From Eledone cirrhosa (lineage: Eukaryota), in the NCBI GenBank assembly GCA_964016885.1, contig OZ024744.1, positions 46,376,001 to 46,440,000 on the forward strand: a DNA stretch of 64,000 nucleotides, given 5' to 3'. Under the pieces are notes generated by a model. It saw only the letters and a list, made by a program, of their open reading frames with translations. It ran no database searches and was not told the DNA's origin. Positions 12,801-28,740 of the stretch are shown one piece after another; position 1 is the first letter of the stretch; each line of letters begins with the position of its first letter. Made by a program: the position numbers and the translations under genes.

Positions 12801-13171
12801 CTTTTTACGTTCCACATTATGCACGTTTTTTTTCCTTTTTCTTTTTTCTTTTTACTTCTTAAACCTTGTTTGTATATAACATATTCTTTCTGCACCTTCT
12901 GTTTAACATGTGCAACACCACACTAATACATTTCACTATCATTTGATAATGCATATAAATGCTGAAACCGGTAATAGACAATAATTAAATATATAAATAG
13001 ATAAATAAATGTCATTGTTAAATAATAAATAAATCAACTAAGACCTTAACACTTCACACAAAGGAAAACATTTCCTTTTAATCATTTTCCAACCCAGAAA
13101 AAAGAGAGAGAAACAGAAAAGGAAAAAAAATATTTGTTCTTCCTCATAATCGTCTCTTTCTCCCTGTTTTC
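9801..13171 (-). mobile_element. Poseidon/Neptune-like PLE, 5'-truncated, with ~600 bp inverted arms
   Basis: RT motifs (IKEADKGGAVV, FYGIPKTHKS, LRPIITG, LYSNIPH, GTAMDTKVAPAYANL, RYLDD) and GIY-YIG (CSGCQEHYIGQT). 9801-10410 is the reverse complement of ~12570-13171. Confidence 0.9.
12937..12978 (+). ncRNA. Degenerate minimal hammerhead (mirror copy on minus strand at ~9993-10035)
   Basis: TTGATAA-TGCATataaATGCT-GAAA-CCGG-TA with palindromic stem III ACCGGT; two core substitutions. Confidence 0.5.
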
Positions 13172-13255
<84 letters not shown>

Positions 13256-13287
13256 TAACTCGTGTGCCACCTCTCCACATTTTATTA

Positions 13288-13366
<79 letters not shown>

Positions 13367-13405
13367 GATATTAATAAATGGAAACTATATTTATAAAACC
13401 ATATT

Positions 13406-13470
13406 TATTTTATTATACATATTTCAAGGACACCACGTTAAATTATGGTGCGCTTTCATCAGACAAAATA
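13406..13470 (-). ncRNA. Type I hammerhead ribozyme, intact core (degenerate mirror at ~17272-17337 +)
   Basis: TATTTTGT-CTGATGA-AAGcgCACCATaatttaacGTGGTGtcCTT-GAAA-TAtgTA-TA/ATAAAATA: 8-bp stem I, long stem II, short stem III, AUA cleavage triplet. Confidence 0.75.
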
Positions 13471-14699
13471 CAATATAGATCAGTTTTATAAATAAATATT
13501 GACATACCCTTAAAAAATGCAACCATTACTGTTGGGAGCTACCGGATAGTGGAGTTGTTTACTTATATTATTATTAGTATTGGATATTTTTATTTTAAAA
13601 TAAGCCGTTGGGTTACAGAGAAAGAAAAAGAAGGAGAGAGAGAAAAACAGAGAAAGAAAGAAAAAAAGAAAAAAAGAGAAAAGAGAGAGAGATACCAAAA
13701 CAACAGAGAGAGAAATATATAGATATAGAGATGAGACAGAGAGTAGGGGAGAGAACGAAAACACTAAGTCATATCTTGCTGAGTTAACTTAACAATTGAG
13801 ATGAAATGAATAAATAAAATTAGAAATGTTAATAATCATGAATGGAATATACATATATAATATGAGAAATTAATCATTGTTTAAATATGAATAGATGTTT
13901 AGTTAATCATTTAAAAATTGAGATCAATATATTAAAAATTGGGATCTATACATTAAGAAATCCATATATTGCTAGGTAACTACATATTATATAACACGTA
14001 TACACACGCAAAAATACATATAAATATATATACACACTTATAAAATACATACCATATCTAACTACGTAGATAATATATACACACAAAGCATAAAGGATTC
14101 TTTAATTTAATGTTATACACACTTTATGTTATTAAATAAAAATGTTTATATATATATATATAAGATTACCTGTTATGTATTTATGGCTGTTAATTATATG
14201 TCTATCTGTTAGGAATCATTGGGATAAACATTATACATAAGTGCAATCAAATTGTATGGATATACACGCACATATACACACATAATTCTCACATATACAT
14301 ATATATACATGTGTGTGTACCCTCAGCCAATAGGTAGATACGCATCACGCATACATATACATACAGACAGACACATATTCATAAGAACGCATAGAACATA
14401 TGTACATGTATGTCAATATACACATATACATATATACTCACATATAGAGAGAAGTATATATCAATACAGTACATAGTATAATTGAGTACATAAAATACAA
14501 AAGGATTATATTACAATTTGGAAATATAATTATAGCAATATAACTTTAAAAGCAATACAATTTTAAAATATTATAGAATATTTTAAGTTAAAATAATAGT
14601 ATGTTTAATAGATGTAGTATAGAAATTTATCTTACGTATATTTAACTCAAAATATTGAAAGGATAAACTTTCGAAAATATGAGAAGCTATCAGAATAAG

Positions 14700-14985
14700 A
14701 AAACAATAAAAAAAAAAAAATAGAAAATAAAAATAAAATAAAATAAATAAAAAAAAAAAAAATAAAAAAAAATAAAAAAAAAAATAATAAAAAAAAAAAA
14801 AAAAAAATAAAAAAATAAAAAAAAAAAAAAAAAAAAAAAAATAAAAAAATAAAAAAATAAAAAAATAAAAAAAAAAAATAAAAAAATAAAAAAATAAAAA
14901 AATAAAAAAATAAAAAAAATAAAAAAAATAAAAAAATAAAAAAATAAAAAAATAAAAAAATAAAAAAATAAAAATAAGAAATAGG
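14700..14985. repeat. A-rich (AAAAAAT)n-like tract inside PLE 3' UTR
   Basis: ~285 bp of A runs punctuated by T. Confidence 0.95.
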
Positions 14986-17463
14986 AAATATTTTCTCCTT
15001 TCAAGAGCTCTCAATATATTTCTCTAGAATAGTTTATTATATTTATATTTATATTTAGGAAGAAAAGTTATTTATACTTGAGTGTTTAATAACAGAAGAT
15101 GAAGGAATCTAATGATTTATCGACAGGTTTCATATATTAATAAAATTAATTAATTAATTATATACTACATTTTAAATTTATATTTATATTTAAACGTTGA
15201 GTTTAATCTATGTCTGCAGCAACTGAATAACTTATTACTTAAGTTCAGGGAATTTTTGGTCTTTAATATAAAGAATATTTCCTCTATACAAAGATCGCAA
15301 TTTTCTGAAGAGGAGTTAAAAGGAGTAGCTTTTGAAATAATATTCCAAATCAACGAATATTAAACGTTCTCTAGTTTTAGGTCCCATAATAAGCTAGATA
15401 GAGAAGTTGAAGATTTTGTATTTGGATCTGTAAAAGAATTTTTATGATTATTGAAGCGGGATTTAAACTCTGTTGAAGTAGATCCCACATAATTAAATGA
15501 ATTTAAATTAGTTTTTACATTACAATTATATACTACATTTTTAGCTAAGAAATTGTTATTTAACGGACAGTTAGATTTATTTCTACAGTTACATTTATCA
15601 GATTGAATATTGCTTGGGTTATTATTGGTATTTTGGTTAGGTTTTAAATTTCTATTATCAATTCTATTAATATTTTGCGCTAAATTTTTGGTGGAAGGAT
15701 AAGTTAATCTTATAGTATGTCTATTAAAAATTGAGGAATATCTATGTGTTCTCGGGAAGCATTTGTCAAGAGCTTTAAAGAATAGTTTAGCAATAGGGGT
15801 TTTAATATTTAATGAGAAAGGAGGAGCGAACCATAATATGTTCCTAGTTCTATTTCTTTTTCGGCTTTCGGAATTAATGTAAGGTTTTCTATTATAGTTG
15901 TTAAAATTGTTACCATAGTTAAAATTGTTACGATTATGGTGAGTTGTTATATTATTATTATTATCGATGTATTTAATTTTATTTCTATACCCAGCTCTAC
16001 CTAACGCTTCGTTGTAATAATATGCTTTTTCATCAAATATATTCTTATTAGCTGAAATTCTCGAAATTCGTTCTTGTACAGAATTCACTATAGTATTTTT
16101 AACGGATCTGGGGGGTGATTAGAGTTAAAATTGACATATTTTAAGTTCTAATTTAGTTTGTGAAATGGATAATGAAGACATGTGTTAAGATTTAGTGTTA
16201 GATCTAGAAAATTGACTATTTTATGGTTATTCTCTATTTCTACTTTTAGATTAAGGTAATTCAAAAATTGTATAATTTGTTTTCTTTTTCTATTTAGTTC
16301 ACAGTTATTATTTTCTATAAGTAAAAGCATGTCGTCACGATATAAACCTCCGGTTATCCCAGGTATTTTTCTATGTAGAGAATTAATTATAAATAGGCCC
16401 ACAAGATCGGTTACCTGAGCTGAGTCGAAAGATCCCATAGTTATGTCGAAATTATTATTTCTATCTGCCCTAGTCCAGAGTTGGTTATTAAATTCTATTA
16501 ATGTTTTCCGTGCCGATAATATAATGTGCATTTCATTGCTAGTTATGTCTGTATGTTTAAATGCGTAAGTTAGTGCCTTATTCAGTAGATTAGGAGTGAT
16601 ATTTATTTAATAACATAAAGTGTGTATAACATTAAATTAAAGAATCCTTTATGCTTTGTGTGTATATATTATCTACGTAGTTAGATATGGTATGTATTTT
16701 ATAAGTGTGTATATATATTTATATGTATTTTTGCGTGTCTATACGTGTTTTATGATATGTAGTTCTCTAGAAATATATGGATTTCTTAATGTATAGATCC
16801 CAATTTTTAATACAGTAATCTCAATTTTTAAATGATTAACTAAACATCTACTCATATTTAAACAATGATTAATTTCTCATATTATATATGTATATTCCAT
16901 TCATGATTATTAACATTTCTAATTTTATTTATTCATTTCATCTCAATTATTAAGTTAACTCAACAAGATATGACTTAGAGTTTTTCGTTCTCTCCCCTTC
17001 TCTCTGTCTCATCTCTATATCTATATCTTTCTCTGTTGTTTTGGTATTTCTCTCTCTTTTCTCTCTTTTTTCTTTTTTTTCTTTCTTTCGCACTTTTTCT
17101 CTCTCTCCTTCTTTTACTTTCTCTGTAACTCAACGGCTTATTTTAAAAATAAAAATATCCAATACTAATAATAATATAAGTAAACAACTCCACTATCCGG
17201 GAGCTTCCAACAGTAATGGTTGCATTTTTTAAGGGTATGTCAATATTTATTTATAAAACTGATCTATATTGTATTTTGTCTGATAAAAGCACACCATAAT
17301 TTAACGTGGAGTCCTTGAAATATGTATAATAAAATAAATATGGTTTTACAAATATAGTTTCCATTTGTTAATATCGTATGTTTACTCCAAATACTTGTTG
17401 AGTGCTTTATGTCAGTTATAAAAATATTTGCTTGTTGTATCCCAACAATTTAAATAGAGCTTT

Positions 17464-17508
<45 letters not shown>

Positions 17509-17571
17509 ATGTATATATATATATGTATATATATATATATACACATATATATATATGTATATATATTACCT

Positions 17572-17614
<43 letters not shown>

Positions 17615-17635
17615 GTGTATATATATATATTTATA

Positions 17636-17724
<89 letters not shown>

Positions 17725-17781
17725 GTATATATATATGTATATATATATGTATATATATATGTATATATATATGTATATATA

Positions 17782-18282
17782 TTGTTATACTTGGGGAGGG
17801 TCATATTTGTGTAATAATATTTCCAGAATTAATAACAGAACACACTCACTGTTTGGTTCGTTTTCGCTTCTGTGTCGTTTATATCGGTTAATTTTATTTT
17901 TTCGGTCCTCAATGTTACCAATGACTGACCAACGGTCAAAAATATAGATACAATACAGACACAAACACATATATATAGTCTAACAAAGTTCTTTCGTTGC
18001 ACATTTGCAACATCGTCAGTGGTGCTATTATGTTTCCTCCCGTTGTATTGTATGCCTACGCCATCTTTATTTAGTCTGTTTACTTATTTATTTATTTGTT
18101 TACTTTTTATCTTCTCTGCACATGCGTTTGCGTGTGTGTATAATGTTTTGTTTGATGTGTGTTCGTGTTTGGGTGACTGTATATTGCTTATTGTAGTCTA
18201 TCTTAGTTTACTAGTGTATAACAATATTTGTTTCGACACACGATTTCATATCAAAAACCTCGCAAAACTAATTCATCGCTGT
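17782..18282. mobile_element. Solo pLTR of the 656-4737 family with inverted tail arm
   Basis: Matches 2688-3130, then the inverted tail gtataacaatatttgtttcgacacacg...aattcatcgc, flanked by (TA)n. Confidence 0.9.
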
Positions 18283-18333
<51 letters not shown>

Positions 18334-18356
18334 GTATATATATGTATATATATATT

Positions 18357-18862
18357 AGAATTGGTGCTCTGAAATAGCGAAATATATATGAATGTATATA
18401 TAGTATATTTTGAAATACACTGTATGCTTAATTAAAAGCATTTTGAAGACTTAATGATTTAAAAAGTGACATTGTCGCTTACTTATATTTTCGGCAGAGA
18501 GAGGGGAGGGGGATACGTTGAGAGCACTGTTTCGTACTTTTTGGTACTTATCAAAATTCACTACTCTCCCCGTCTGCCGGAAATAATGTGTGTTGGATTC
18601 TTATAGAATTCCAGTAACAGTCAGGATTTGATTTTACTGAGCGGTCGCTGCAATTCTATGAGAAACCAACACACATAATTTTCGGCAGACGGAGAGAGTA
18701 GTGAGTTTTGATAAGTACCAAAAAGGACGAAACAGTGGTGTTAACTTATCTCCCCCGGTCTGCCGGAAAAAAATTTAAGTAAGCGACAATGTCGCTACTT
18801 TAAAATAATAGGGTATGGTCTTCAAAATGCGTTTAATTAAGCATTCGGTGTATTGCAAAATA

Positions 18863-18868
<6 letters not shown>
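18357..18868. mobile_element. Fold-back (twin-arm) pLTR insertion with a hammerhead remnant in each arm
   Basis: ~18400-18610 is inverted at ~18650-18868. Plus-arm HHR-like 18701-18749: gtgagtt-TTGATAA-GTACCaaaaaGGAC-GAAA-CAgtggTG-TT-aacttat; minus-arm copy at 18514-18561. Confidence 0.75.
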
Positions 18869-19286
<418 letters not shown>

Positions 19287-19470
19287 CTATTAATAATGAG
19301 TTCAAAACTCAGGCAGTCCTTTACAATGAAATAGCTCAAAGAAAGAAGGATTTCTGAACCGTGTAATAGCTAACTTAGTCATTTACAATACAAACACGAA
19401 TATGTTGGTATTTGTGTTTATCAAATATATTAATTTATATTAACTTGTATATATATATATATATATATAT

Positions 19471-19631
19471 AATAGGAACCAGTAAGACCCCGACAGCTGA
19501 GCTCAAGCCGTCGAAAGGGATTGAGCTCAGCTGTCGGGGTCTTACTGGTTCCTATTACCCACTCTACTACCTCAAGTATTGAGTACTTTGGTGCGTTATG
19601 GTCCACCTGGTTCCTTACCACATTTCCTTCG

Positions 19632-19633
<2 letters not shown>
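19471..19633. mobile_element. Miniature twin-arm insertion (hairpin + tail), related to the ends of the 21826-25100 element
   Basis: ~37 bp perfect inverted repeat (taataggaaccagtaagaccccgacagctgagctcaa); tail cccactctactacctcaagtattgagtac... matches 25027-25095. Confidence 0.85.
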
Positions 19634-19667
<34 letters not shown>

Positions 19668-19774
19668 GCATATATGTATATATGTATATATATGTATATA
19701 TGTATATATATATATACATATATATGTATATATATGTATAAATATATGTATATATATATATACATGTATATATG

Positions 19775-19827
<53 letters not shown>

Positions 19828-19906
19828 GTATATATATATATATATATATATGTATATGTATATATATGTATATATATATTTATATATATATATGTATATA
19901 TATATG

Positions 19907-20007
<101 letters not shown>

Positions 20008-20789
20008 TATATAAATATATATATATGTATATATATATATATGTATATATATATGTATATATAATTCAAGAAAGAAGATTGACGTAGTTAACTATACAAT
20101 AAGGGCTTTATTCACATTGCCGACAATTGTTTCTTTGATCTGGTAGGTCTAGAGTTCGCTATACGCCTGATTTTGCGCGATCGATCTCCAATACTTTGTT
20201 TATAACCAGCCTGTTTCATCGGAGCGGGTGAAATGAAGAAAATACATAAGGTATGGTTTTTAAGTGTGGTATTAAACCAGAACAATAATATCAATAATAA
20301 AATGAAATAACTAGATAGCATACAATTAAAATAATTACATCAATGTAAGTAAGAGATAGAGTATAATGGAGAATCTAGCATGTTAAACAGACTGATATGA
20401 TACAGATGTATGGAATTGACATTTGAAAATTGCTATAGGGTACATTAGATATAGTGATAGGGTAGCGACTAGATGACAGTAACCACTAAGATGTACTTGG
20501 AGACAGAATTTATGAGATATCCACTACTTTGTATTTTTTTATTACTTGACAAATAAACATTTTCGTTTGATTAATTTAGTGATGATGATAGTTTTTATGT
20601 GGTGCTAAATAGAGTTGTAGATTCGTTATTTAAGTGTCCTATACTAAAGGTAGGGATTGTTAGTTCGAATCGTGGGGGTTTAGTTTTCACAGCATCAATA
20701 ACAAATCGTGTATAAATAACACGTATATATGTATATATATATGTTTTTGTTTTTGTGTATGCAAAAATATCTGTACACGAATATCTATA

Positions 20790-20960
20790 ATAAAATAATA
20801 TATTAATGTTTAAGCAAAGAATCGGTGCTTTCAAACTTAACGGGATCTTCTGAAACTAAAACAATCAATATGTGAACGCAGATGTATATATTTCGAAAAA
20901 CGTTACAACCGAGGGAAAACAGGAAGACGATACTTTGGTTCGTTAAGACGCTCCCTGGCA
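20790..20960 (-). mobile_element. pLTR fragment of the 6206-9748 family
   Basis: gtttaagcaaagaatcggtgctttc...gatactttggttcgt matches 6318-6470. Confidence 0.85.
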
Positions 20961-21465
20961 TAATAATATATATATACACACACACTATATATATATACAT
21001 ATATACACACACTGATCGCGTCATAATGTCGTAATGCAGACAGCCAGGCATACAGACAAATATTATGAAGGCGCGACGTCATATCTAAGTAGCTATCTAA
21101 AAAGAGAAAGAGAAAGAGATCGCTATATCGCCTAATAGGTCAGAATAATTTGAATTTCCGCTCAAAACACTTCCGGGGCCATACGGGTTACATGTGTAAA
21201 GTTTGAAAAAAAACGGTTGGCTACTTCTCGTGTTTTAGGGAAACAGACACACAGACATAATCCACTGTTTTATATATATGTATATATATGTATATATATA
21301 TCCATAGTGTTTTTAACCTTCATATCATGTCGTCCTATTTTATATGATGAAAACACAAATGTTATTGCATGATGATATTTGTTTTTGAAATGCGCATAAT
21401 AAAATACATGGAACTCATTTAACCATCTTTTGATCTTATATATTATATATATATATATATAAATA

Positions 21466-21496
<31 letters not shown>

Positions 21497-21525
21497 GTGC
21501 ATATATATATGTATAAATATATATA

Positions 21526-21610
<85 letters not shown>

Positions 21611-21767
21611 TGACATATTCATAGAATATGTCCCTAGAACTAGAATGTTCCCCAGCGAGTCACAAGCTGATGACACTTGTAGAGCTGAATGAACTGTAGC
21701 AACGTAATATAAAGTGTTTTACTCAGGAACACTCTCTCTCGCACAAAACCCTAACCCAACCCCCAAG

Positions 21768-21825
<58 letters not shown>

Positions 21826-21828
<3 letters not shown>

Positions 21829-24800
21829 ATAAAGTATGACCCCGACAGCAGAGCTTAAGTCGTTTCGACCACTATTTCTGGACTAAATTAGAATTTTTAG
21901 CCTGGGAATAAATAGCCGAACTTGTCAAGGGGGTACTTCCTTATATGGGAAGATTGTAGTTGTCAAGAGGATTGGTTAAAATTTGTTGTAAACACAAATA
22001 TATCTGTACATCCACCGGAAATAACATCTGTGAAATATACAGCTCCATCTATCTGTTAGCTAGCTACCTCACTGTGAAACAAACAACCCTTAAAAACCAC
22101 CAGAATAAAACGCCTACGCAGCGGCTAAACATCAAACGATTATTTCTGTATAAATAGAATGGTTCCAAACACTTTCGCCAGTTGACTTTGGCAGAGTAAA
22201 CTCGCGTATCGTTTTCCTCTCCTCTGCCACGCTTGTCACTCACACACGCCTTGTACCTTGTATCGTCGCTTCGTGTGAAAATAAATAGCTGATCGAAACT
22301 ACATCTCTCGCCTTGCTCATCCTTACCGTATGTGACAACAGTTCGGATCTGATCAGAAGAAGTGACCAGACTGACTAACCACGTCGCTACATGTCTAACA
22401 TTGCATTTGGTGGGAGGTAGGGGTGGCTGAACTTGCCTGTAGACCAATAGGGGAGTGAGTGGGGCGGTCAAGCGTTGAAAGTGATATGTATACAGCAGAT
22501 TCTAAGGATAGTGTATGAAGTGGAGGAGGGAGGTTATAGAATAGGTAAATCGAATGAGAGTAGGAGACAATAAAAGATAATAGAAATAAATAAAATAATA
22601 TATATATATAAAATTAGATAGTGAGAAATGAATACAAAAAATCACAATGCTATCTTACAATTGCAGGTTGAGAATAGAAAAAGTTGAGAATAGAAAAAAC
22701 TTATAGAAATTGGGTAGTAACAAAACTGATACAAAATTAAAGGGGTTTACCACATCTGCTATAACTAGTTAGTAAAACGTATTCGGCCAATTCTATCTTA
22801 AAATTACAGGGGTCGAAGAACTGATGCTACAGAGGCCCGATGGGCTGCATCGGGGTAGGCGAAAGGGGAAAAGCAGACGAGGAAGAAAAAAGGGGGTGGA
22901 AGGATGTAATAGGATGAGACAGGGGGAAAAAGAAGACAAAAAGGAAAATACAAGAGATACATCGACCTGTTTAAGCTGGGGTCTCCCCTAACTTATTTGG
23001 CAAGTGGGGTATCAGCCCTTGTCTACCCACCCGGGTCGTTATGGGGTTTGAGGGCGAGGTAAGTCTTACGCAATCTGTCTTTGCATGCGGTTACCAGTTC
23101 GTCTTTCTTGTTTAGGAGTTGGTCCTTCGAAAACACCATTTGTAATGTTTCCTCCGAGCATAAGTTACACGGACGGCGTCCTCCCGTTAAGAGTTAGCTC
23201 TGGACAGTAAGCTCCAAATGAGATTGTAGGTTATATTATCTTGGAGGTCGCAGATGTGGTCCGAAAGTGTAGTGGCATGTCGCCGGACCGGGTTTCGGAG
23301 AGTATCTCGGTGTTGGTAGAGCCGGGTCTTGAAGTCACACGCGGTTAATCCTATATAAGCTTTGTTGGAGGTGTCAGTCCTCACGTTGCACTGGTAGATC
23401 ACGTTACGTTCTCGACATTTGTTGTTGAGGGGGCACGTAGATCTATCAGGGCAGTTACACCTCCTGGTCGGCTCTCCACTGATATCTAGGTTATTTCTTC
23501 CATAGGGGTTGAGCTTTTTGTTGTTTGAGGAGACGATGTTTTGTGCGAAGTTAGGTGTGGTGCTGTAGGAGAGTTTGATGGTGTTTTTGTTGATTATGTT
23601 GTGGTAGCGGTGTTGTAGTGGGAAGTGTTTTTCGAGGAGTCTAAAGAAGATTTTCCCGATAGGTGTTGCTACCTCGGAATTATGGGGAGGATTGAACCAT
23701 GTTACATTGCGTGAGCGGCGGTGTCGCCTGCTGGTTCCGCTAAGGGAAGCTGTATGAAAGGATATTTCCTCCCGGAAGCCACTCCGCTTGAGGGCTTGGT
23801 TTTAATATCGTCGAATATCTGCTCATTAGCGGATAAACAAGATATGCGGAGGGAGATGCTTTTAATCAGGTTATTGGTGATGTTACTAGGATGGTTAGAG
23901 CGGCGGTAGATGTAGTGCAGATTGTTGTTTGGTTTCCTGTATGGGTAGTACAGATCATTTTCGAGGTTAAGGGTAACGTCCAGGAAATTGACTCGGGTTA
24001 GGGACGTTTGTAGGGTGATTTTAATCCCCAGTCCCGGAAGAAGTTGATTAGTTGTTTACGGACCCGGTCTGTACTACTGGGGTTGTACCCTTTGAGGGTG
24101 AGGAGCCCATCATCCCGGTACAATCCACCGCCGAATGCAGGAAACATTTCGGTGAGTTTAAATTGTAGGAATAATCCTATAAGATCTGTGACCTCGACCG
24201 AATCTGTCGCGCCCATACAAACGTCGAAGGAGGAGTAGGGAGCTCTCTTTATCCACTTGGAGTTGTCGAAAAGTAGGACTGTCTTCCTGGCGTGGAGAAT
24301 GATATTTCTTTCCTGGTCAGTGATGGGTGTGAGTGTTTCGGCAAAGTCAAAGGCGGACGTATGGAGCGGTAAGGTAATAGATGCATAGTAACTCTCTATG
24401 TCAAACTGGATGAATTTTGTGTCTCGTTTGTCCTCCATATTCCTGAACCATGAGATTACTTCCTGAGTGCTGACGCATAGGCTAAATCACACGTTTTGCT
24501 TAACTTTTGGTATAACTCGGTCTAGGATCTTTTTACTGATTTTCCCTATGTCCGACTTCGTTGGGTTTATAAGCCTAATGGATGGTTTGCGGCGAAGTTG
24601 TGATTTTTTTAGTTCATTCTAATTTTCTATATATATATATTTTTATTTATTTCTATTATCTTTTATTGTCTCCTACTCTCATTCGATTTACCTATTCTAT
24701 AACCTCCCTCCTCCACTTCATACACTATCCTTAGAATCTGCTGTATACATATTACTTTCAACGCTTGTCCGCTCCACTCACTCCCCTATTGTTCTACAAG

Positions 24801-25100
24801 GCAAGTTCAGCCACCCCTACATCCCACCAAATGCCATGATAGATATATTTGTATTTACAACACATTTTAACCAATCCTCTTGACAACTACAATCTTCCCA
24901 TATAAGGAAGTACCCCCTTGACAAGTTTGGCTATTTATTCACCAGGGTAAAAATTCTAATTTAGTCCAGAAATAGCCGTCGAAACGGCTTGAGCTCTGCC
25001 GTCAGGGTCATACTTTTTCCTCTTTCCCACTCTACTACCCTAAGTATTGAGTATTCTGGTACGTTATAGTCCATTTGGTTCCTTACCACAATTATTTGTT
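21826..25100 (-). mobile_element. Naiad-like PLE, 5'-truncated, with inverted arms and tail
   Basis: RT FIQFDIESYY/MGATDSVE/YRDDGL (23998-24438), WFNPP, CNC...CPL..C, YIGLT, CNLC. Left arm 21826-22640 is inverted at 24600-25020 (the right arm lacks ~400 bp); tail 25020-25100. Confidence 0.9.
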
Positions 25101-25107
25101 ATATATA

Positions 25108-25142
<35 letters not shown>

Positions 25143-25144
<2 letters not shown>

Positions 25145-25241
25145 CGTTTCTGAATTTGTTTAGCAAGATTCTTTATCTGAAAACGTGTGTTGAAACCGAT
25201 ATTGTTATACTCTTATTGGCAACATGACCCACCCAAAGTAT

Positions 25242-25247
<6 letters not shown>
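25143..25247. mobile_element. Tiny tail + hairpin remnant related to the 656-4737 family
   Basis: aaaacgtgtgttgaaaccgatattgttatact resembles 2665-2698; tattgttatact/agtataacaata inverted pair. Confidence 0.55.
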
Positions 25248-25306
<59 letters not shown>

Positions 25307-25310
25307 TATA

Positions 25311-26332
<1,022 letters not shown>

Positions 26333-26336
<4 letters not shown>

Positions 26337-27640
26337 GTAGAACACTGGAACATCCGTAGTGGTAGAGAACTCAGTCCATGGGACGAGTTAGATACAAGTG
26401 GTTACACAACAGTTAGTTCACCATACAGAGAACAATTGTTTCACCTTAGCGGATCCTCAACTAGTAATGGACATCGTTATACGGAACAGGAAGGACAACC
26501 GTACGAACGAGCATGCGCGGAAACCGTCACTTCGCACAGGCAATACTAAAAAGCGTGCGAGAGGTGTAAGGGAGTTAACTGCAAAAGTCCGAAAAGTTTC
26601 TACTTGATAAGAAAATTAGGATGTTGCGATTCAATCCGGAGCTTTGTAGTTACGTAAGAGGTGTTTCGAGACGTGTGGACAACGTGTGAAAAACTCATTT
26701 CTCGTGTTTAGGCAATCACTATTGCATAATCTCTTTAGAATATTTATCCGTTCATCAATACATAGACCACACAACGGATATCCCCTTGCGTATGGCTTGG
26801 ACTTAGTGATGGCTTTCCATTGAATGGAGTAGTCTATACTTGAGTCCTTGAGGGAACATATGTGGCTCGTGAGTTTCGTGGATGAACGTCTCTCCGGGTA
26901 CCTAAAGGTCGACTGGTGGTTCAGGAAGCGTTCCTTAAATCGGCGCTCCGCCATACCCACATAGGATTTGACCTCCTGTGGTTAATTTGGTCGGTTGGAA
27001 GTGACCACAGCTTCATAAATTACAGCGGGTGTGTTGCATTGCTGTTGAAGTGGACAAGCTTCGGGCTTACGGCAAGAGCACCCTGGTGGGGTGTTACTCT
27101 TAGGGCTGTTGGTGATGTGGGCCTTCATGTTCTTAGCGCAGGAGTAGCCTAGTTTTACTTTGTGTCGGTTAAATATAGAGCGGTATTTATGACCTATGAG
27201 AAAGTGTCTATCTAAGAGAGGTGCTGTACCCCAGCAAGTTTTATGAAAGGTGGGTGAAAGTGGCGAGAATGGCCCGAGTGAATGGGCCTTCTCTCTATAT
27301 CAGCCTGTAGGTTGAGGAAAAGGAGGAGGAGAGGAAAGGAGTACAAGCTCTTCGTACTCCTGGAGATGAGGGTTGCACATTTTTTTCGGGGGTCTGTGTT
27401 ACCCATATAAACTGTCTCCCTCTATTGGGGAAAATCGACTAACTTTTAAATTCCATCTGTGATAACATTTTACACGTTTTTATTGTATGTAAACTTCCCC
27501 CTTTGTATTTGTCCCCTTCTTTTGTGCCCCTGTGGCTAATAAAGAAATATATCTAAGAAGGCTAGACATTTTTGGCCTACATTGGTTTTAACGTTGAGTG
27601 AGAAGGGAGGAGAGAACCAGATAGTTTGTCTATTCTTGTA
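26333..27640 (-). mobile_element. Naiad-like PLE 3' fragment (linker, GIY-YIG, 3' UTR with HHR remnant at 26426-26465)
   Basis: IWFSPPFSLNVKTNVG...IFNRHKVKLGYS, CSCRKPEACPLQQQC, YVGMAERRFKERF, CGLC; HHR-like TTGAGGA-TCCgctaaGGT-GAAA-CAATTG-TT. Confidence 0.85.
27218..27549 (+). mobile_element. 5'-truncated LINE 3' end (L1/Tx1-like) nested in the PLE
   Basis: 9-bp target-site duplication tatctaaga (27209-27217 and 27550-27558); AATAAA near the 3' end; the PLE reading frame resumes across it. Clade call is tentative. Confidence 0.7.
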
Positions 27641-28182
27641 TATATATATAACCAAAGATTAATATGGTTCATTGATTACTCAATGAATACTGTTTTACAA
27701 TAGATTAAAGCACTCAACAGGAGTTTTCCTGGAGTTTTTAATATTATTTAAAATATTAACAAATGATGATATTCACATAATCAAAATATAATAATAAACC
27801 ATATATTTTGATTATGTGAATGAATATCTTCATTTGTTAATATTTTGATGAGTCGATATGTTCTCAAACTAACACATGATAGAGATTCATCTCTAGGATG
27901 TGAGATTATAAAATCAGACATCTCAGAATTTTCTTAAGAAGTAAGAATCTTTTATCTAAAGTTCCATTATGATTTCATACTTTCAGAAATATGCTCAAAA
28001 TCAATATCATCAGAGTTTATTCACATAGGTTATCATCTTATATACAGATCAATAAATCAATGAATTAATAATGGAAATGGCGACAACAGCAATATACATA
28101 GAGAAAAGGTTACAAATTAATTTACAGAGGTACTAATGTAGCCAGGTTTACTTCGCCAGAAGAGGAGTATATTATACTAAAA

Positions 28183-28400
28183 GTGTGCTTTAACAGTTTA
28201 GAAAGTGAAGAGCACCCTCAAGAGTATACGCATGTTTTACTGTGTGGTCAGATTTTCAAAGGTATATCCAGTAGAATAAGTATCCTATCCCAAAATGAGT
28301 CGATCTTTAACCAGAATGCAGCCTACTACAACGTGGCCCTAGGCACATCCGGCGATATTGACCGGATAGAATACTTAGATGATAATAAGTGTAGTGGTTC
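28183..28400 (+). pseudogene. Naiad-like PLE thumb fragment
   Basis: KGISSRISILSQNESIFNQNAAYYNVALGTSG matches the thumb motif of the other copies. Confidence 0.7.
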
Positions 28401-28499
28401 TGAGAACAATGCGGATTTGCAGATGATCAATGCAAATTGACAATGGAAAGGCGCTCCCGCTCTCGAGTTTTAAGAGAACTATTGACCTTCAGGAAAAGC

Positions 28500-28740
28500 A
28501 GCAACCCCTGATTGTATTTAGCAACCGAAACAAGTATGAAGTACGCCAAATCCAATACTCCTAGGGGCGGCCCTAGTTCTTCTTATCCTCGCCGCAGTGA
28601 TCTGGAAAGCAGCGGTCGGATGAAGAGGCGTGGAAAGACAGGCTGAGAAATGCCATGCTCGACCGGGACGATTGGAGAAGGCGTGCTGAATCTTTGAGAG
28701 TGTAACTCGGCCGAACGAACGTCCATACCATCCCACTAAT
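28500..28740 (+). mobile_element. RTE-like LINE 3' end
   Basis: C-terminal LRNAMLDRDDWRRRAES motif typical of RTE ORF ends. Confidence 0.55.

Larger units (their letters stand above)
13366..17466 (-). mobile_element. Naiad-like PLE, 5'-truncated, with ~775 bp inverted arms and tail
   Basis: ORF pieces 15165-16531 (MGSFDSAQVTDLVGL, YRDD, FLDLTL, WFAPPFS, CNCR, YVGST, CDLC). 13366-14140 is inverted at 16605-17380; extra tail 17380-17466. Confidence 0.9.

Noticed and set aside
21745-21768. Telomeric repeat / telomere-associated PLE
   Set aside because: Only one CCCTAA unit; the PLEs here have GIY-YIG domains and target (TA)n.
22000-22405. Spliced intron explaining the ~400 bp missing from the right arm of the 21826-25100 element
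   Set aside because: The junction fits microhomology (tagacat/cagatat) rather than precise GT-AG removal.
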